From Candidatus Altimarinota bacterium (lineage in GTDB: Bacteria; Patescibacteriota; Gracilibacteria; JBDHUY01), in contig JBDHUY010000005.1 in the NCBI GenBank assembly GCA_039809385.1, positions 62,254-126,253 on the forward strand: DNA of 64,000 nt, given 5' to 3'. Shown one piece after another: positions 19,536 to 29,689 of this stretch. The translations under genes and the position numbers were made by a program. The notes under the pieces were generated by a model. It worked only from the letters and a program-made list of their open reading frames with translations. It searched no databases and had not been told where the DNA came from. How positions within the stretch are numbered: the first letter of the stretch is position 1; each line of letters opens with the position of its first letter.

Positions 19536-20432
19536 ATGAAATATCAAATCCTGCTCTATTATCGCTATGTCCATATTGATGATCCGGCTCGACTTGCAGA
19601 AGAGCAGCGTGCCGTATGTCAGAAATTAAAGCTTAAGGGGCGTATCATTGTTGCGCATGAAGGCATAAATGGAACACTCGAAGGAGATCTTGAAAATACA
19701 GAAAAATATATTGCCTGGATGCTAGCTGATACTCGTTTTGCCGATACTGATTTCAAAAAAAGCACTGGAACCGGAGCCGCTTTTCCCAAATTGTCCATAA
19801 AAGTCCGCGATGAAATTGTCAGCGGTCATTTGGGACCAGATGATCTGAATCCTCTTGAAACTACGGGGAAATATCTCACTGCCGAAGAACTGCATGCCTG
19901 GATTCATGGCAACAAAGAGTTTTATATTGTCGACATGCGTAACGACTACGAACATGCGGTCGGTTTTTTCAAAAATTCGATTTTGCCGCCGCTGAAGAAC
20001 TTCCGAGATCTATCCAATATCTTACCTTCTTTACAACATCTCAAAGACAAAACTGTCGTCACCGTTTGTACTGGCGGAGTGCGTTGCGAAAAGGCTTCGG
20101 GTTTTTTACTGAAGCACGGTTTTACCGATGTCTATCAGTTGCAGAATGGTATTGTGACCTATATGGAAAAGTATCCGAACGAGGATTTCCTGGGAAAGCT
20201 GTATGTCTTTGACGGACGGGTGGTTATGGGCTTTCACTTGGACGATCCCAAGCATACGATTGTCGGCAAATGTCTGCATTGTGGACACCCCTGTGACCGC
20301 TATGTCGACTGTGCGCTTTTGTCCTGTAAGCAGCCGACCAGACATTATGTTTGCTGCTATGCCTGCGAAATAAAAACTGCGCTTTTTTGCAGCCGGGAAT
20401 GCCGAGAAAGCCAAGCAATAGTTCCTGCTTAG
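19536..20432 (+). CDS. trhO: Rhodanese-related tRNA uridine(34) hydroxylase (UPF0176/TrhO)
   Basis: LKGRIIVAHEGINGT, DMRNDYE, CTGGVRCEKAS, GKLYVFDGR, C-terminal Cys cluster. Confidence 0.9.
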   Translation: MKYQILLYYRYVHIDDPARLAEEQRAVCQKLKLKGRIIVAHEGINGTLEGDLENTEKYIAWMLADTRFADTDFKKSTGTGAAFPKLSIKVRDEIVSGHLGPDDLNPLETTGKYLTAEELHAWIHGNKEFYIVDMRNDYEHAVGFFKNSILPPLKNFRDLSNILPSLQHLKDKTVVTVCTGGVRCEKASGFLLKHGFTDVYQLQNGIVTYMEKYPNEDFLGKLYVFDGRVVMGFHLDDPKHTIVGKCLHCGHPCDRYVDCALLSCKQPTRHYVCCYACEIKTALFCSRECRESQAIVPA

Positions 20433-20540
20433 ATTTTAGCATCGCGATTACCAACTTTCTACAAAGGAGTAAAGAACGGTAAGAATTAATAACATTTTTA
20501 CGGAAGTTCGAAAGCTCTGAACGGTAGACAACTTTTTGTA

Positions 20541-21107
20541 CTACGCCTCTAACGACCTGCGATGTTTGAGAATCTTTCTTCTCGCTGACAGAGACCACTT
20601 CATTAAACCTTTTTGACTAACCCCACGTAGTACTCTTGTCAGCATTTCGACTGCCATTTCTTCCGCATTAGCTTTTCTATACAAAATCATCCAGTGATGC
20701 ATAGGGTGCTCAATCAGGTCATACATGTAATCAACAACAAGTGGCCGGTCTGATATTGAGAAGCATGAAGCGTCCGTTAACTGCGCTGCTGTCAAACTAT
20801 GTACACGAGTTTGAATGTTTGCAAATGCTCGATCAAGATCAGATCGAATTCTGTCCCAAGTCAGTTTGTTCCGCAATTTCCATGCTTGACGATTCAACTC
20901 TAAATAATCGCGGGTATCGATCAGAGTCTTTGAGTGGATACGAGCGTCAATGTTATACGAGAAAGCTCCCAGCCAGTATGTTACATGTGCGAACACATCT
21001 TTGGCTGACCATGTATCGGCCTCCCCTTTGGCATCGTGCATCTTCGGTGGGATATGCGATTCCAGCACAACAAACTCGTGCTTGGCAACCTCTAAGATAT
21101 TGTCCAT
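20541..21107 (-). CDS. DinB/ClbS/DfsB-like four-helix bundle protein
   Basis: WSAKDVFAHVTYW and EHPMHH histidine motifs; start uncertain (21107, 21131 or 21194). Confidence 0.75.
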   Translation of the reverse strand: MDNILEVAKHEFVVLESHIPPKMHDAKGEADTWSAKDVFAHVTYWLGAFSYNIDARIHSKTLIDTRDYLELNRQAWKLRNKLTWDRIRSDLDRAFANIQTRVHSLTAAQLTDASCFSISDRPLVVDYMYDLIEHPMHHWMILYRKANAEEMAVEMLTRVLRGVSQKGLMKWSLSARRKILKHRRSLEA

Positions 21108-21211
21108 GTAGAAATAAATATCGGCTTTCATGTCGTAGAAATTTAGTGAAAAGAGTCTCGGAGTCCAGTATGCCGACAACCTTTGCCGGTACAAATTAGT
21201 TACAATGGTTG

Positions 21212-21237
21212 TGAAAACCCGTTAATAAGGGTTTTCA
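21212..21237. promoter_or_regulatory. Intergenic hairpin/palindrome
   Basis: TGAAAACCC-gttaataa-GGGTTTTCA, 9-bp stem; terminator or operator. Confidence 0.45.
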
Positions 21238-21571
21238 AAGCGGTGGCCATTGAAGTTTGAGGGGACGATCCTCTACCTTTTGAAGTACTTGAACTAAAGC
21301 AACCCTACCATATGAAAATATTGTCGTCAAAGGCCGGTCTTGTCTAACACTGTCAGTTCAGATCTTGTAAAACCGAATTCGAGGCAGGAAAGGTATGCGT
21401 GGTTACAATGATTGTTCCTTATATCGGAAACTCCATATTTTTGACAAAGTCTGCTTTGTAAAACAAGGAGACGCGGTCTGAGACCTAGCCTTACGTAAAG
21501 TACATTTGTTGTCACAAGTGGCCATGAAGTCGTTCTGTTTCTCTCGAAGGCTTGTTTTCGATATCTCTGAA

Positions 21572-22333
21572 TTATTCTTTTTCCTTCTCCGGGACAAACC
21601 GGAAATTGTTTCGACTCCAAAACCACAGCGGAGCATGCATGTCGATCGGTGATATCCCGCTGCCTTGCAGGATTTCGCGCCAACGTGCCGAGATATCTTC
21701 TCTTTTCATGGTTGCGGCTTCGATTTTGCTGATAACGCCTAATTGAACCGAACATTTGGTAATATGCGTATCCGGGGCAATATCGATACGATCTGAATTC
21801 TTTAGCTTGATCTGACCGTATTCTTGAATAATGAAGCTCCAATAATGAAAAATCTTCGGTCCCGAAAGATACGGAAATCCGCTTTTCCATTCCTTTTGCA
21901 CTGCCTCTTGCAATTTCAGAAAATCATAATTGACCCACGTTAATAGATTTGCCAACGTTCGCCAGTTTTCCCTAATCGTACGGGTAATTCTATGCCAGGT
22001 GGTGATATGTTTGTTTGGCTGCAAAGCCAGTTTATAACGGGTCAGATACTCACGCAGCAGAGCTTCTTCCAGACTGGCACAAGCCCGGATGTCAAATACA
22101 ATACGCGTCTCGGTATCGAGAAAGGTATTAAGTGCGGATTCCCAGAGTTTGTAGCTGTTCCTCTGGTAATTCAGACTCATCGGCAATGTGAAATATGCCA
22201 AACGTTCTTCTTGTTGTTGCGCTGAAAAATCGGGATGCGCGTCTTCCGGCATCGTTGTATCTCCCAACCGGCCCGCGCGGTATCCTTCCAGCAAAACTTT
22301 GCATCGCGCAATGATTTTTTGTCTGGATTCCAT
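21572..22333 (-). CDS. Conserved hypothetical protein, HhH-GPD/DNA-glycosylase-like fold
   Basis: FPYLSGPKIFHYW (HhH-like), IDIAPDTH (GPD-like Asp), PIDMHAPLW. Confidence 0.6.
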   Translation of the reverse strand: MESRQKIIARCKVLLEGYRAGRLGDTTMPEDAHPDFSAQQQEERLAYFTLPMSLNYQRNSYKLWESALNTFLDTETRIVFDIRACASLEEALLREYLTRYKLALQPNKHITTWHRITRTIRENWRTLANLLTWVNYDFLKLQEAVQKEWKSGFPYLSGPKIFHYWSFIIQEYGQIKLKNSDRIDIAPDTHITKCSVQLGVISKIEAATMKREDISARWREILQGSGISPIDMHAPLWFWSRNNFRFVPEKEKE

Positions 22334-22421
22334 GGATAGCCACACAAGGGATATTTTGAGTATACAGTCTGTTCTGGTAGCTCTCGATTCTACTTCAGCA
22401 AGTTCCGTACCAGAAGAATCC

Positions 22422-23495
22422 TTATAAGCCGCTTTCTGCCAGTTTCCGTGCTTGATCTTCCAGAATCATATCCGACACGATATCTTCAATATTCCCTTCC
22501 ATAATACTTGGCAAGTTGCTCCAGTTTTTATGAACGCGGTGATCGGTCAGGCGATCCTGAGGAAAATTATAGGTACGGATCTTTTCGCTCCGATCGCCTG
22601 TTCCTACCTGCGAGAGCCGTTTTTCGCCCAGTTCTTTCATTCTCTTCATCTCTTCCATTTCATATAACTTTGCTCGCATCAGGATAAGGGCCTTTTGCTT
22701 GTTCTGAAGCTGGGAACGTTCGTCCTGGCATTCCACGACGAGGCCGCTGGGTTTGTGGACCATTCGCACCGCCGAAGAGGTCTTATTTACCTTTTGACCT
22801 CCTGCTCCCGAAGAACGCGATGTAGTAATTTCCAGATCTTCATCTCTGATCTCGACGTCTACTTCGTCTACTTCGGGTAAAACCGCAACGGTCACCGTAG
22901 ATGTATGAACTCGTCCCTTGGCTTCGGTCACGGGGATACGCTGGACACGATGGACACCGCTTTCGAATTTAAGCTTTGAATAGACATTTTTGCCCGCAAC
23001 TGACAATACCAGCTCTTTTATTCCACCCGATTCCGTTTCGCTTTGACTCAGGATTTCGACTTTCCAGTGCTCGTTTTCGGCAAAACGCATATACATGCGG
23101 CTCAGCTCGCTAGCAAAAAGTGAGGCCTCGTCACCGCCGGCCGCCGGGCGTATTTCCAGAATGATATTTTTGGCATCGTTGGGGTCCTGGGGTAAAAGCG
23201 CGACCTTTATTTTTTCCTGCAGCACAGTTTCTCGCTCCTCCAGGCAGCTCAATTCCTCCTTGGCTAGCTGGATCATCCCCGCATCCTGTTCAGTATTTAG
23301 CATATTCTGGGCCTCTTGTTTATGCTTGGACACTTGTTTCAATTCACGGTATAGCATAACAGCCGGCTCAATCTCGTCTTTGCGGTTTACGATTGAGCGT
23401 AGGTCCCGCTGATTCTTGAGCACCTCTGGATCCTGCATTTTTGTCTCGATGGCTATCAGTTCTTGTTCGAGTTTGTCGAGAGTGGGATTATTCAT
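22422..23495 (-). CDS. prfA: Peptide chain release factor 1
   Basis: GAGGQ, PVT anticodon-mimic, ESGVHRVQRIP, IRTYNFPQ. Confidence 0.97.
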   Translation of the reverse strand: MNNPTLDKLEQELIAIETKMQDPEVLKNQRDLRSIVNRKDEIEPAVMLYRELKQVSKHKQEAQNMLNTEQDAGMIQLAKEELSCLEERETVLQEKIKVALLPQDPNDAKNIILEIRPAAGGDEASLFASELSRMYMRFAENEHWKVEILSQSETESGGIKELVLSVAGKNVYSKLKFESGVHRVQRIPVTEAKGRVHTSTVTVAVLPEVDEVDVEIRDEDLEITTSRSSGAGGQKVNKTSSAVRMVHKPSGLVVECQDERSQLQNKQKALILMRAKLYEMEEMKRMKELGEKRLSQVGTGDRSEKIRTYNFPQDRLTDHRVHKNWSNLPSIMEGNIEDIVSDMILEDQARKLAESGL

Positions 23496-23508
23496 AAGGG
23501 AAAAAGTA

Positions 23509-24165
23509 TCAATAGGAACCAGATTCCATGCTAGTTACCGTTCTTTCTGTTTGGAAATAAGCACGTCGTTCCAAATATAATCCGGATATATAATAGACGG
23601 TTACGGGAAGCAGTATACCGGCCATCACGTCCAGAATATAGTGTTGTCCGGTAAAGAGCGTGGAAAACAGTATAAGCCAAAATATCGTGAGCCACAATGG
23701 CTTTTGGCGCGGGTACCACCGTGTCCACATGAGCGTAATCATCGTGGTAATATACATATGGGCGCTCGGAAGAGCATTGTAGGGTTTATCATGCTCGTAA
23801 ATCCAAGTTAGCATGTCCGCAAACAGATCACTATTCTCCGGAAGAGTGCGAACGACATAGGTCGGAAAAAACCAGAAGGTTAGCATCGCAATGGTGATCG
23901 TGGCAAAGGCTGTGATAAAAAAATGCCGGAATTCTGCATCCGACCGATTATATACCAGCCACAAAAAACAGGCCGGCCACCAGAGTTGCCAGAGAATATA
24001 AGGTATGGTCCAAACCGGCCATACCGGAATAAGCTGGTCGAGAAAAATGTGGGTAGCAATGCCATTGCTACCCAGATGATTCAAGGGGAAATAAATAGCC
24101 TGTAATCCGATTAGGAGACAGACCAACCAGAATCTGTTCCAGATCATACAAGCAAGTCGTTTCAT
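23509..24165 (-). CDS. PAP2/inositol-phosphorylceramide-synthase-like membrane protein
   Basis: NALPSAH and STLFTGQHYILDV PAP2 motifs; multiple TM segments. Confidence 0.85.
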   Translation of the reverse strand: MKRLACMIWNRFWLVCLLIGLQAIYFPLNHLGSNGIATHIFLDQLIPVWPVWTIPYILWQLWWPACFLWLVYNRSDAEFRHFFITAFATITIAMLTFWFFPTYVVRTLPENSDLFADMLTWIYEHDKPYNALPSAHMYITTMITLMWTRWYPRQKPLWLTIFWLILFSTLFTGQHYILDVMAGILLPVTVYYISGLYLERRAYFQTERTVTSMESGSY

Positions 24166-24980
24166 GCCTTTGTCTTGTCAGCGAGCGGGATATGGTTTTC
24201 AGCTTTTTTTCGCAGAGTCATAATTCCCATTACGCCAATCAAAATCAAGGGAATGCTGAGTACTTGTCCCATCGTAAAACCAAATGGCAGGAAGCCGATT
24301 TGCAGGTCGGGTTCGCGAAAGAATTCAACGAAACTACGGAATATGCCGTAGAGAATGAGAAACGTGAAAAATAAGGTCCCGCGCTTGACTTCTTTACGCG
24401 AGAGTTGTTGCATAATAATAAAAAGTACTACCCCTTCCAGAAAAAACTCGTAAAGCTGGGAAGGGTGCCGGCATCCGGCGACATTCGGAAATTCCATACA
24501 CCACGGCACATCGGTGATACGGCCGTACAGTTCGGCATTAATGAAATTTCCCAGCCGGCCGAGACCCAGTCCTATGGGAACGCCTACCGCAAGCAGATCG
24601 GCCAGATCGATCAGTTTGATCTTTTTCAAGCGACAGAACAGCCAGCCGCACAACGCTACTCCAATAAGACCGCCGTGAAACGACATGCCTCCCTCCCAGA
24701 CCGCAAATATCTGGAGTGGATTACTCAGGTAATAGGGAAGATTATAAAACAGTACATATCCCAATCTTCCTCCGAGCACTACTCCCAGTAGAACGAAAAA
24801 AAGCATATCGTAGAGATCTTCCGAACCTATCCCCATCTTCATGAAACGTTTCCTTTTTAACAAATTGCGCAAAATCCAGTAGCCAATCAAAAACGAGGCC
24901 GCATACATCAGGCCGTACCAGCGCAGTTCTACCGGACCGATCGTCAGAAATGTGGGTGATATCTGGGGATAGGTAATCAT
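24162..24980 (-). CDS. lgt: Prolipoprotein diacylglyceryl transferase
   Basis: RWYGLMY, GGRLGY, GGMSFHGG, GRLGNFINAELYGR, HPSQLYE, VEFFREPD. Confidence 0.97.
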   Translation of the reverse strand: MITYPQISPTFLTIGPVELRWYGLMYAASFLIGYWILRNLLKRKRFMKMGIGSEDLYDMLFFVLLGVVLGGRLGYVLFYNLPYYLSNPLQIFAVWEGGMSFHGGLIGVALCGWLFCRLKKIKLIDLADLLAVGVPIGLGLGRLGNFINAELYGRITDVPWCMEFPNVAGCRHPSQLYEFFLEGVVLFIIMQQLSRKEVKRGTLFFTFLILYGIFRSFVEFFREPDLQIGFLPFGFTMGQVLSIPLILIGVMGIMTLRKKAENHIPLADKTKA

Positions 24981-25037
24981 GAAAAATAAAGAAAAAACAA
25001 AAAGTAAAAACCTGGCGTGATCACTTGATTGCTTTTT

Positions 25038-25361
25038 TTAGTAGACTCTCTCTACATAGTAGTTGTCACAATAGACGTTTTCGGGACGGTATTCATTTCT
25101 CTAGCTAAAGTTATCTCTCTAATCAGTTGAAAATAATAATGAAAACATCTCTTTTTGGCTGAGCGACGATTTTCTGAAATAGAGAGTGCGCTCGTTCTTG
25201 AAAGCCAGACGATGCTGGTAGCGGCATTGCGGGCAGAGGGTAGGTGGGGAGAGCGGATACTTTTTCCCGTTGAAAACAGGGGACACCTTGTCGTAAAAGG
25301 CCAGATCTTCGTCTTCTATGGAAAAACCGTTCCGGCATTGTCGACATTGTTTTCTTTCCAT
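25038..25361 (-). pseudogene. Internally deleted remnant of the CPR multi-zinc-ribbon protein family
   Basis: N-terminus CRQC..FSIEDEDLAFYDK..PPTLCPQCR..RLAFKNERTLYFR stops at 25119. Just downstream is the family's typical C-terminus RPENVYCDNYYVERVY* ending at 25038. Confidence 0.7.
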
Positions 25362-25374
25362 GTAGTAAGGACTG

Positions 25375-26667
25375 TTATGAACCGGCTTGTATTTGCTCGC
25401 TCAGGAGTTCTATCGCCTTGTCCAGCTGGGTGTCTTTTTCATTTTGTCCATCGTCTTCTTCGGGCATGATTTCGATATCGGGTGTCAGTCCGCCGTTTTC
25501 GACACTACGGTTTTTGGGAGTATACCATTTGGCGATCGTGATTCGGATACTCGAGCCGTCCGAGAGCGGCTGGAGTTCCTGCACCGAGCCTTTGCCGAAG
25601 GTTTTTTGTCCCAGCAGTTTGCCGCGACCGTAGTCCTGGATGGCTCCCGCCACGATTTCGGAGGCTGAGGCGCTTCCTTCGTTGACCAGGACAAGAAGAG
25701 GTAATTTTGCCAGGCGGGCGTGACCGTGGACCTTTTGTTCTTCGTGTGCCAGTTCGTCTTTATTTTCACGTTTACTGATACTGGTAACAATACCGCTTTC
25801 GACAAATTCGGAGACAATGTCGACCGCCCCATCCAGGTATCCGCCTCCGTTGAAACGCAGATCGAGGATAACCCCTTTCGCTTTTTTGAGCAGAATCTCG
25901 TTAATCGCTTTGCTGAATTCCTGCGTGGTATCGTCGCCGAACTGGTTAATACTAATATAGGCTATATCGTTGCCCTTCATTTCCCAAGAAACGCTCGGTA
26001 CTTTGATCTCCTGACGTTTGATGGTAAATTCCAGTGGCTCGTTCTGATTTCCCCGTAAAATGGAGAGAGACACGCTGCTGCCTTTTTCCCCCCGAATTTT
26101 TCCCACCGCTTCGGAAAGGGACATATTTGTCGTCAACTCTTCTCCGATTTTGTAAATAATATCGCCCGGTTTCAACCCGGCTGCTTCGGCCGGAGAATTT
26201 TTCAAAGGCGAAACGATGACCAGATGATCGTTTTTTACCGAGAGTTCGGCGCCGATCCCTTCCAGATCGCCGCTCAGGTTGTTCTTGAAATCTTCGGTTT
26301 CCTTGGGATCCATGTAGATCGTATAGGGATCTTTGAGCGATTCCACGACCCCCCGGATGGCTCCGTAGGTCATCTGTGTATAATCGATCTTTTTTTGATC
26401 AATATAAAGACGTTCCAGCATATCCCATACCTGCCAGAAGAGCGACAGATCGACATCTTTGGGGTTATGATAGGAATTGGACGGGTAATTAGGAAGTCCC
26501 GGCACAGTTGTGAAGTTGCCGTTTTGCTGCACGACGCCGTAACTGGTTTGACGCACCTGCTCGTACCCTACTGTATATCCGAGCAAAAAAGTAACGAACG
26601 GGATCAAAATGATACCGAAGTATTGGGTGTAATTGCGTCGTTTAGAAAATTTGAAAAATTGGTCCAT
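25375..26667 (-). CDS. S41 family C-terminal processing peptidase (CtpA-like)
   Basis: DPYT, GIGAEL PDZ domain, LDLRFNGGG, SASASEIVAG, TFGKGSVQ. Confidence 0.95.
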   Translation of the reverse strand: MDQFFKFSKRRNYTQYFGIILIPFVTFLLGYTVGYEQVRQTSYGVVQQNGNFTTVPGLPNYPSNSYHNPKDVDLSLFWQVWDMLERLYIDQKKIDYTQMTYGAIRGVVESLKDPYTIYMDPKETEDFKNNLSGDLEGIGAELSVKNDHLVIVSPLKNSPAEAAGLKPGDIIYKIGEELTTNMSLSEAVGKIRGEKGSSVSLSILRGNQNEPLEFTIKRQEIKVPSVSWEMKGNDIAYISINQFGDDTTQEFSKAINEILLKKAKGVILDLRFNGGGYLDGAVDIVSEFVESGIVTSISKRENKDELAHEEQKVHGHARLAKLPLLVLVNEGSASASEIVAGAIQDYGRGKLLGQKTFGKGSVQELQPLSDGSSIRITIAKWYTPKNRSVENGGLTPDIEIMPEEDDGQNEKDTQLDKAIELLSEQIQAGS

Positions 26668-26731
26668 AAATTATGACGATCGAGGCTATCTTAAAGAACA
26701 AAGCGGTATAAGTCAATCGCGGTCTGTCTCC

Positions 26732-27973
26732 TCACTCGTGGCGAAGCGATTCGATCGGGTTCAGCCGGGAAGCCTGCCGCGCCGGCGCATATCCGAAGAT
26801 AATGCCAAATGCGGCCGATACTCCAAACGAAAGTATGATCGCATTGAGCGGAACCGCAAAATTCACCTGAAATCCGGCAAAATTGGCAGCAAAACTCAGC
26901 AGTGTGGAAAGACCCGTCCCCAACGCAATACCGATCCCGCCGCCCAGCAGAGTAATCAGTACCGCTTCGATCAGGAATTGCATGAGAATCAGCCGCGGTG
27001 AAGCGCCGATCGCTTTTCTCAACCCGATTTCGCGGATCCTTTCAGTAACGGTTACATACATGACGTTCATGATCCCGATCCCTCCCACGATTAGCGAAAT
27101 TACCGAAATCGACAGTAACAAAAGCGATATTCCTCCTGTCACGGCTCCGACTATGTTGAGGGCTTCCTGCGAGGTTGTGATGGCAAAGTCGTCTTTGGCC
27201 GGATCTTTTATACCATGATTATCCCTTAAAACCCTTTCGATCCCGCGGATAGTACTGGCGGACAAATCTGTATTGACTACCTGTACTACAAATTCGGGAA
27301 TATAGTTGACCCCAAATATTCTTTGTTGTCCGGTTTGAAGAGGGATGAAAACAACTTCATCGAAATTAAAAAAGCCCTGCGAACCGATTTTTTCCATCAC
27401 CCCGATCACCCGGAAATTGACCTGTTTTATTTTGATATTTTTGCCGAGCGCTTCGTTGTCGCCAAAAAGAATTTTTTTCAGCTCTTGTCCCAATACGACT
27501 ACCTGTGCGCCGTTATTTTCTTCTTCTTCGGTAAATAAACGGCCGGAGATCGCTTCGTATCGAAAAATACTGAAATAAGCCGGCTGTAGTCCCAGAATAT
27601 AGGTTTTTTTCTGGTTATTTTCAAAAACCACTTTTTCCTGTCCCAGACGATACCCTGAAGCTGCCAATACATTGGGGAGCTGTGCCACATCTTTGACGTC
27701 TTCGACTTTCATGGTCGTGATCTGAACTCCACTGGCCACGGCCCCGGCGGTTTGATTTGTTTTTGCCTTTGAAGGCACACGGCTCTCGACCGAAATAAGG
27801 TCGGGGGTAAAACTACTTAATTGTGAGAGAATAAAACCTTTGGCCCCTTCTCCGATCGAGATGACCATGATCACGGTCGACGTTCCCACGATGATCCCCA
27901 GCATGGTCAGAAACGTGCGTGCTTTGTTCAGCAGCAGCGCCCGCAATGATAGGCGAAACAGAGTGAAGAACAT
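26732..27973 (-). CDS. MacB/FtsX-type ABC transporter permease
   Basis: RTFLTMLGIIVG, GGIGIMNVMYVTVTERIREIGLRKAIGA, PARQASRLNPIESLRHE. Confidence 0.95.
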   Translation of the reverse strand: MFFTLFRLSLRALLLNKARTFLTMLGIIVGTSTVIMVISIGEGAKGFILSQLSSFTPDLISVESRVPSKAKTNQTAGAVASGVQITTMKVEDVKDVAQLPNVLAASGYRLGQEKVVFENNQKKTYILGLQPAYFSIFRYEAISGRLFTEEEENNGAQVVVLGQELKKILFGDNEALGKNIKIKQVNFRVIGVMEKIGSQGFFNFDEVVFIPLQTGQQRIFGVNYIPEFVVQVVNTDLSASTIRGIERVLRDNHGIKDPAKDDFAITTSQEALNIVGAVTGGISLLLLSISVISLIVGGIGIMNVMYVTVTERIREIGLRKAIGASPRLILMQFLIEAVLITLLGGGIGIALGTGLSTLLSFAANFAGFQVNFAVPLNAIILSFGVSAAFGIIFGYAPARQASRLNPIESLRHE

Positions 27974-27977
27974 GGAG

Positions 27978-28131
27978 AAGTCGAAAGTCTATAAAGTCAT
28001 AAAGTTCGTAAAGCCAAGCAGGGAGACCGTAGCGGCAGACCCATGTGTCTGCCAGGGTAAAGTATAACCCTCGCAAGTTCATGATTTTTTGATTCTTTTT
28101 TGCTAGCCGCTGGTCGCTGACCGCTGAATGC
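27978..28131. repeat. Short-period tandem repeats between the permease genes
   Basis: AAAGT-core repeats at 27978-28015; heptamers TAGCCGC TGGTCGC TGACCGC TGAATGC at 28104-28131. Confidence 0.55.
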
Positions 28132-28140
28132 CTCTTGCCC

Positions 28141-29379
28141 CTACTCGTACCGCAAGGCCTCGATCGGATTTAGCCGGGAAGCTTTGCGGGCGGGATAAAA
28201 TCCGAACAGAATTCCTACGATCAGCGAAACGCTCAAAGATACAACGATCGAGTCAGCGGAGATCAGAAAATCCCAGTTATATTCGAGATTTTTAGCCACA
28301 ATTGCCACCAAGTACGCCACCAAACTGCCGATACTCATGCCAATCAGTCCGCCGATACCGGTCAGTACCATACTTTCAATAACGAACTGGTTCTGGATCT
28401 GGCGCGGGGTAGCTCCAATCGCTTTTCTCAAACCAATTTCGCGCGTTCGTTCTTTGACGGTCATCAGCATGATATTCATCACGCCGATCCCTCCGACCAA
28501 CAGCGAAATTGCGGCAATACAGGCCAGAAAAAGTTTCAGCGCGTCGGTTACCACGGTAAAGATCGCCAGGGCTTGCTCAAGGCTGGTAACAGTAAAATCG
28601 TCGTCCTCGGGTCGTTTAATGTCGTGCCTGAACCGGAGCGTACTACGGATTTGTTCCATAGCCGGAGCAATATTCTCGGCTCGGTCAATCTTGATTCGCA
28701 TCAAGCCCAAATGTCGGATTCCCAACAAGAGCTTTTGGGCTGCCGTGATCGGAATCAACACCTGCTGATCGGGGTTGCTGAACCCAGCCTGTCCTTTCTT
28801 GGCCAGCACCCCAATAACGGTAAAGGCTTCGTTCTTGATCTTGATCTTTTCTCCCAACGGATTGGATGTATTGGGAAAAAGCTCGCGGAAGAGTTCGTCT
28901 CCCAGAACTGCAACTCTGGCGGCACTTTGTTCTTCCTGAACGTCAAAAAACCGTCCCAATGCGACCTCGTGATTTTCTACCGACGGATAAGACGCGGTGA
29001 TCCCGCTAAAAGTTCCTTCGGTCTGCACGTTGCCGGCGGTCATTTCACCAAATCCGCGCGAATAAGCCGATACGCCCTCGACGCCCGGCAGCTTTTCGAT
29101 CGCTTTGGCGTCGTCGAGCGTCAGGGTCGTTATGACGATTCCTAGTACGGCCGCCGGTGGGCCGCTGTCGCCGCCCTTACCGGGTAGTACCCCTACCAGA
29201 TTGGTGCCGATGCTGCGGATCGAATTGGTGATCAGGCTCTGCGCGCCCGCGCCGACCGATATGATAATGATGACCGAGGCAATCCCGATAATGATCCCCA
29301 GCATGGTCAAAAGCGTGCGGCCTTTGTTTACCAGCAAGCCCCGAATCGCGAGTTTTATGGTAAGAAAAATACTGGGCAT
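28141..29379 (-). CDS. MacB/FtsX-type ABC transporter permease (paralog)
   Basis: RTLLTMLGIIIG, GGIGVMNIMLMTVKERTREIGLRKAIGA, PARKASRLNPIEALRYE. Confidence 0.95.
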   Translation of the reverse strand: MPSIFLTIKLAIRGLLVNKGRTLLTMLGIIIGIASVIIIISVGAGAQSLITNSIRSIGTNLVGVLPGKGGDSGPPAAVLGIVITTLTLDDAKAIEKLPGVEGVSAYSRGFGEMTAGNVQTEGTFSGITASYPSVENHEVALGRFFDVQEEQSAARVAVLGDELFRELFPNTSNPLGEKIKIKNEAFTVIGVLAKKGQAGFSNPDQQVLIPITAAQKLLLGIRHLGLMRIKIDRAENIAPAMEQIRSTLRFRHDIKRPEDDDFTVTSLEQALAIFTVVTDALKLFLACIAAISLLVGGIGVMNIMLMTVKERTREIGLRKAIGATPRQIQNQFVIESMVLTGIGGLIGMSIGSLVAYLVAIVAKNLEYNWDFLISADSIVVSLSVSLIVGILFGFYPARKASRLNPIEALRYE

Positions 29380-29689
29380 GGGGGAAAAAGATCAAAGGTC
29401 ATGCAAAAGTCAAAACCGAATTATATCGCTGTTTATGCATTCGATACATAATCTCTCGATACTCATCTATCAACGACGCTGCCTGTTTTTCCTAGAACTT
29501 CTGGAGCTTCAGTCTTCAATCTATTCGGGAGTAAAATTACTATGGTTTGGTATTTCTATTCGTTTGTCAATTATCAATATTGCAAGAGCGTTTCGATGAA
29601 TTCCTATTAATTTCCATAAATTTCTTTTCATCTGTGGGTGGTAGCTATTTTTTCCAACTTTAGTCTTTTTATTTTTCGTCCTTCCTCTG

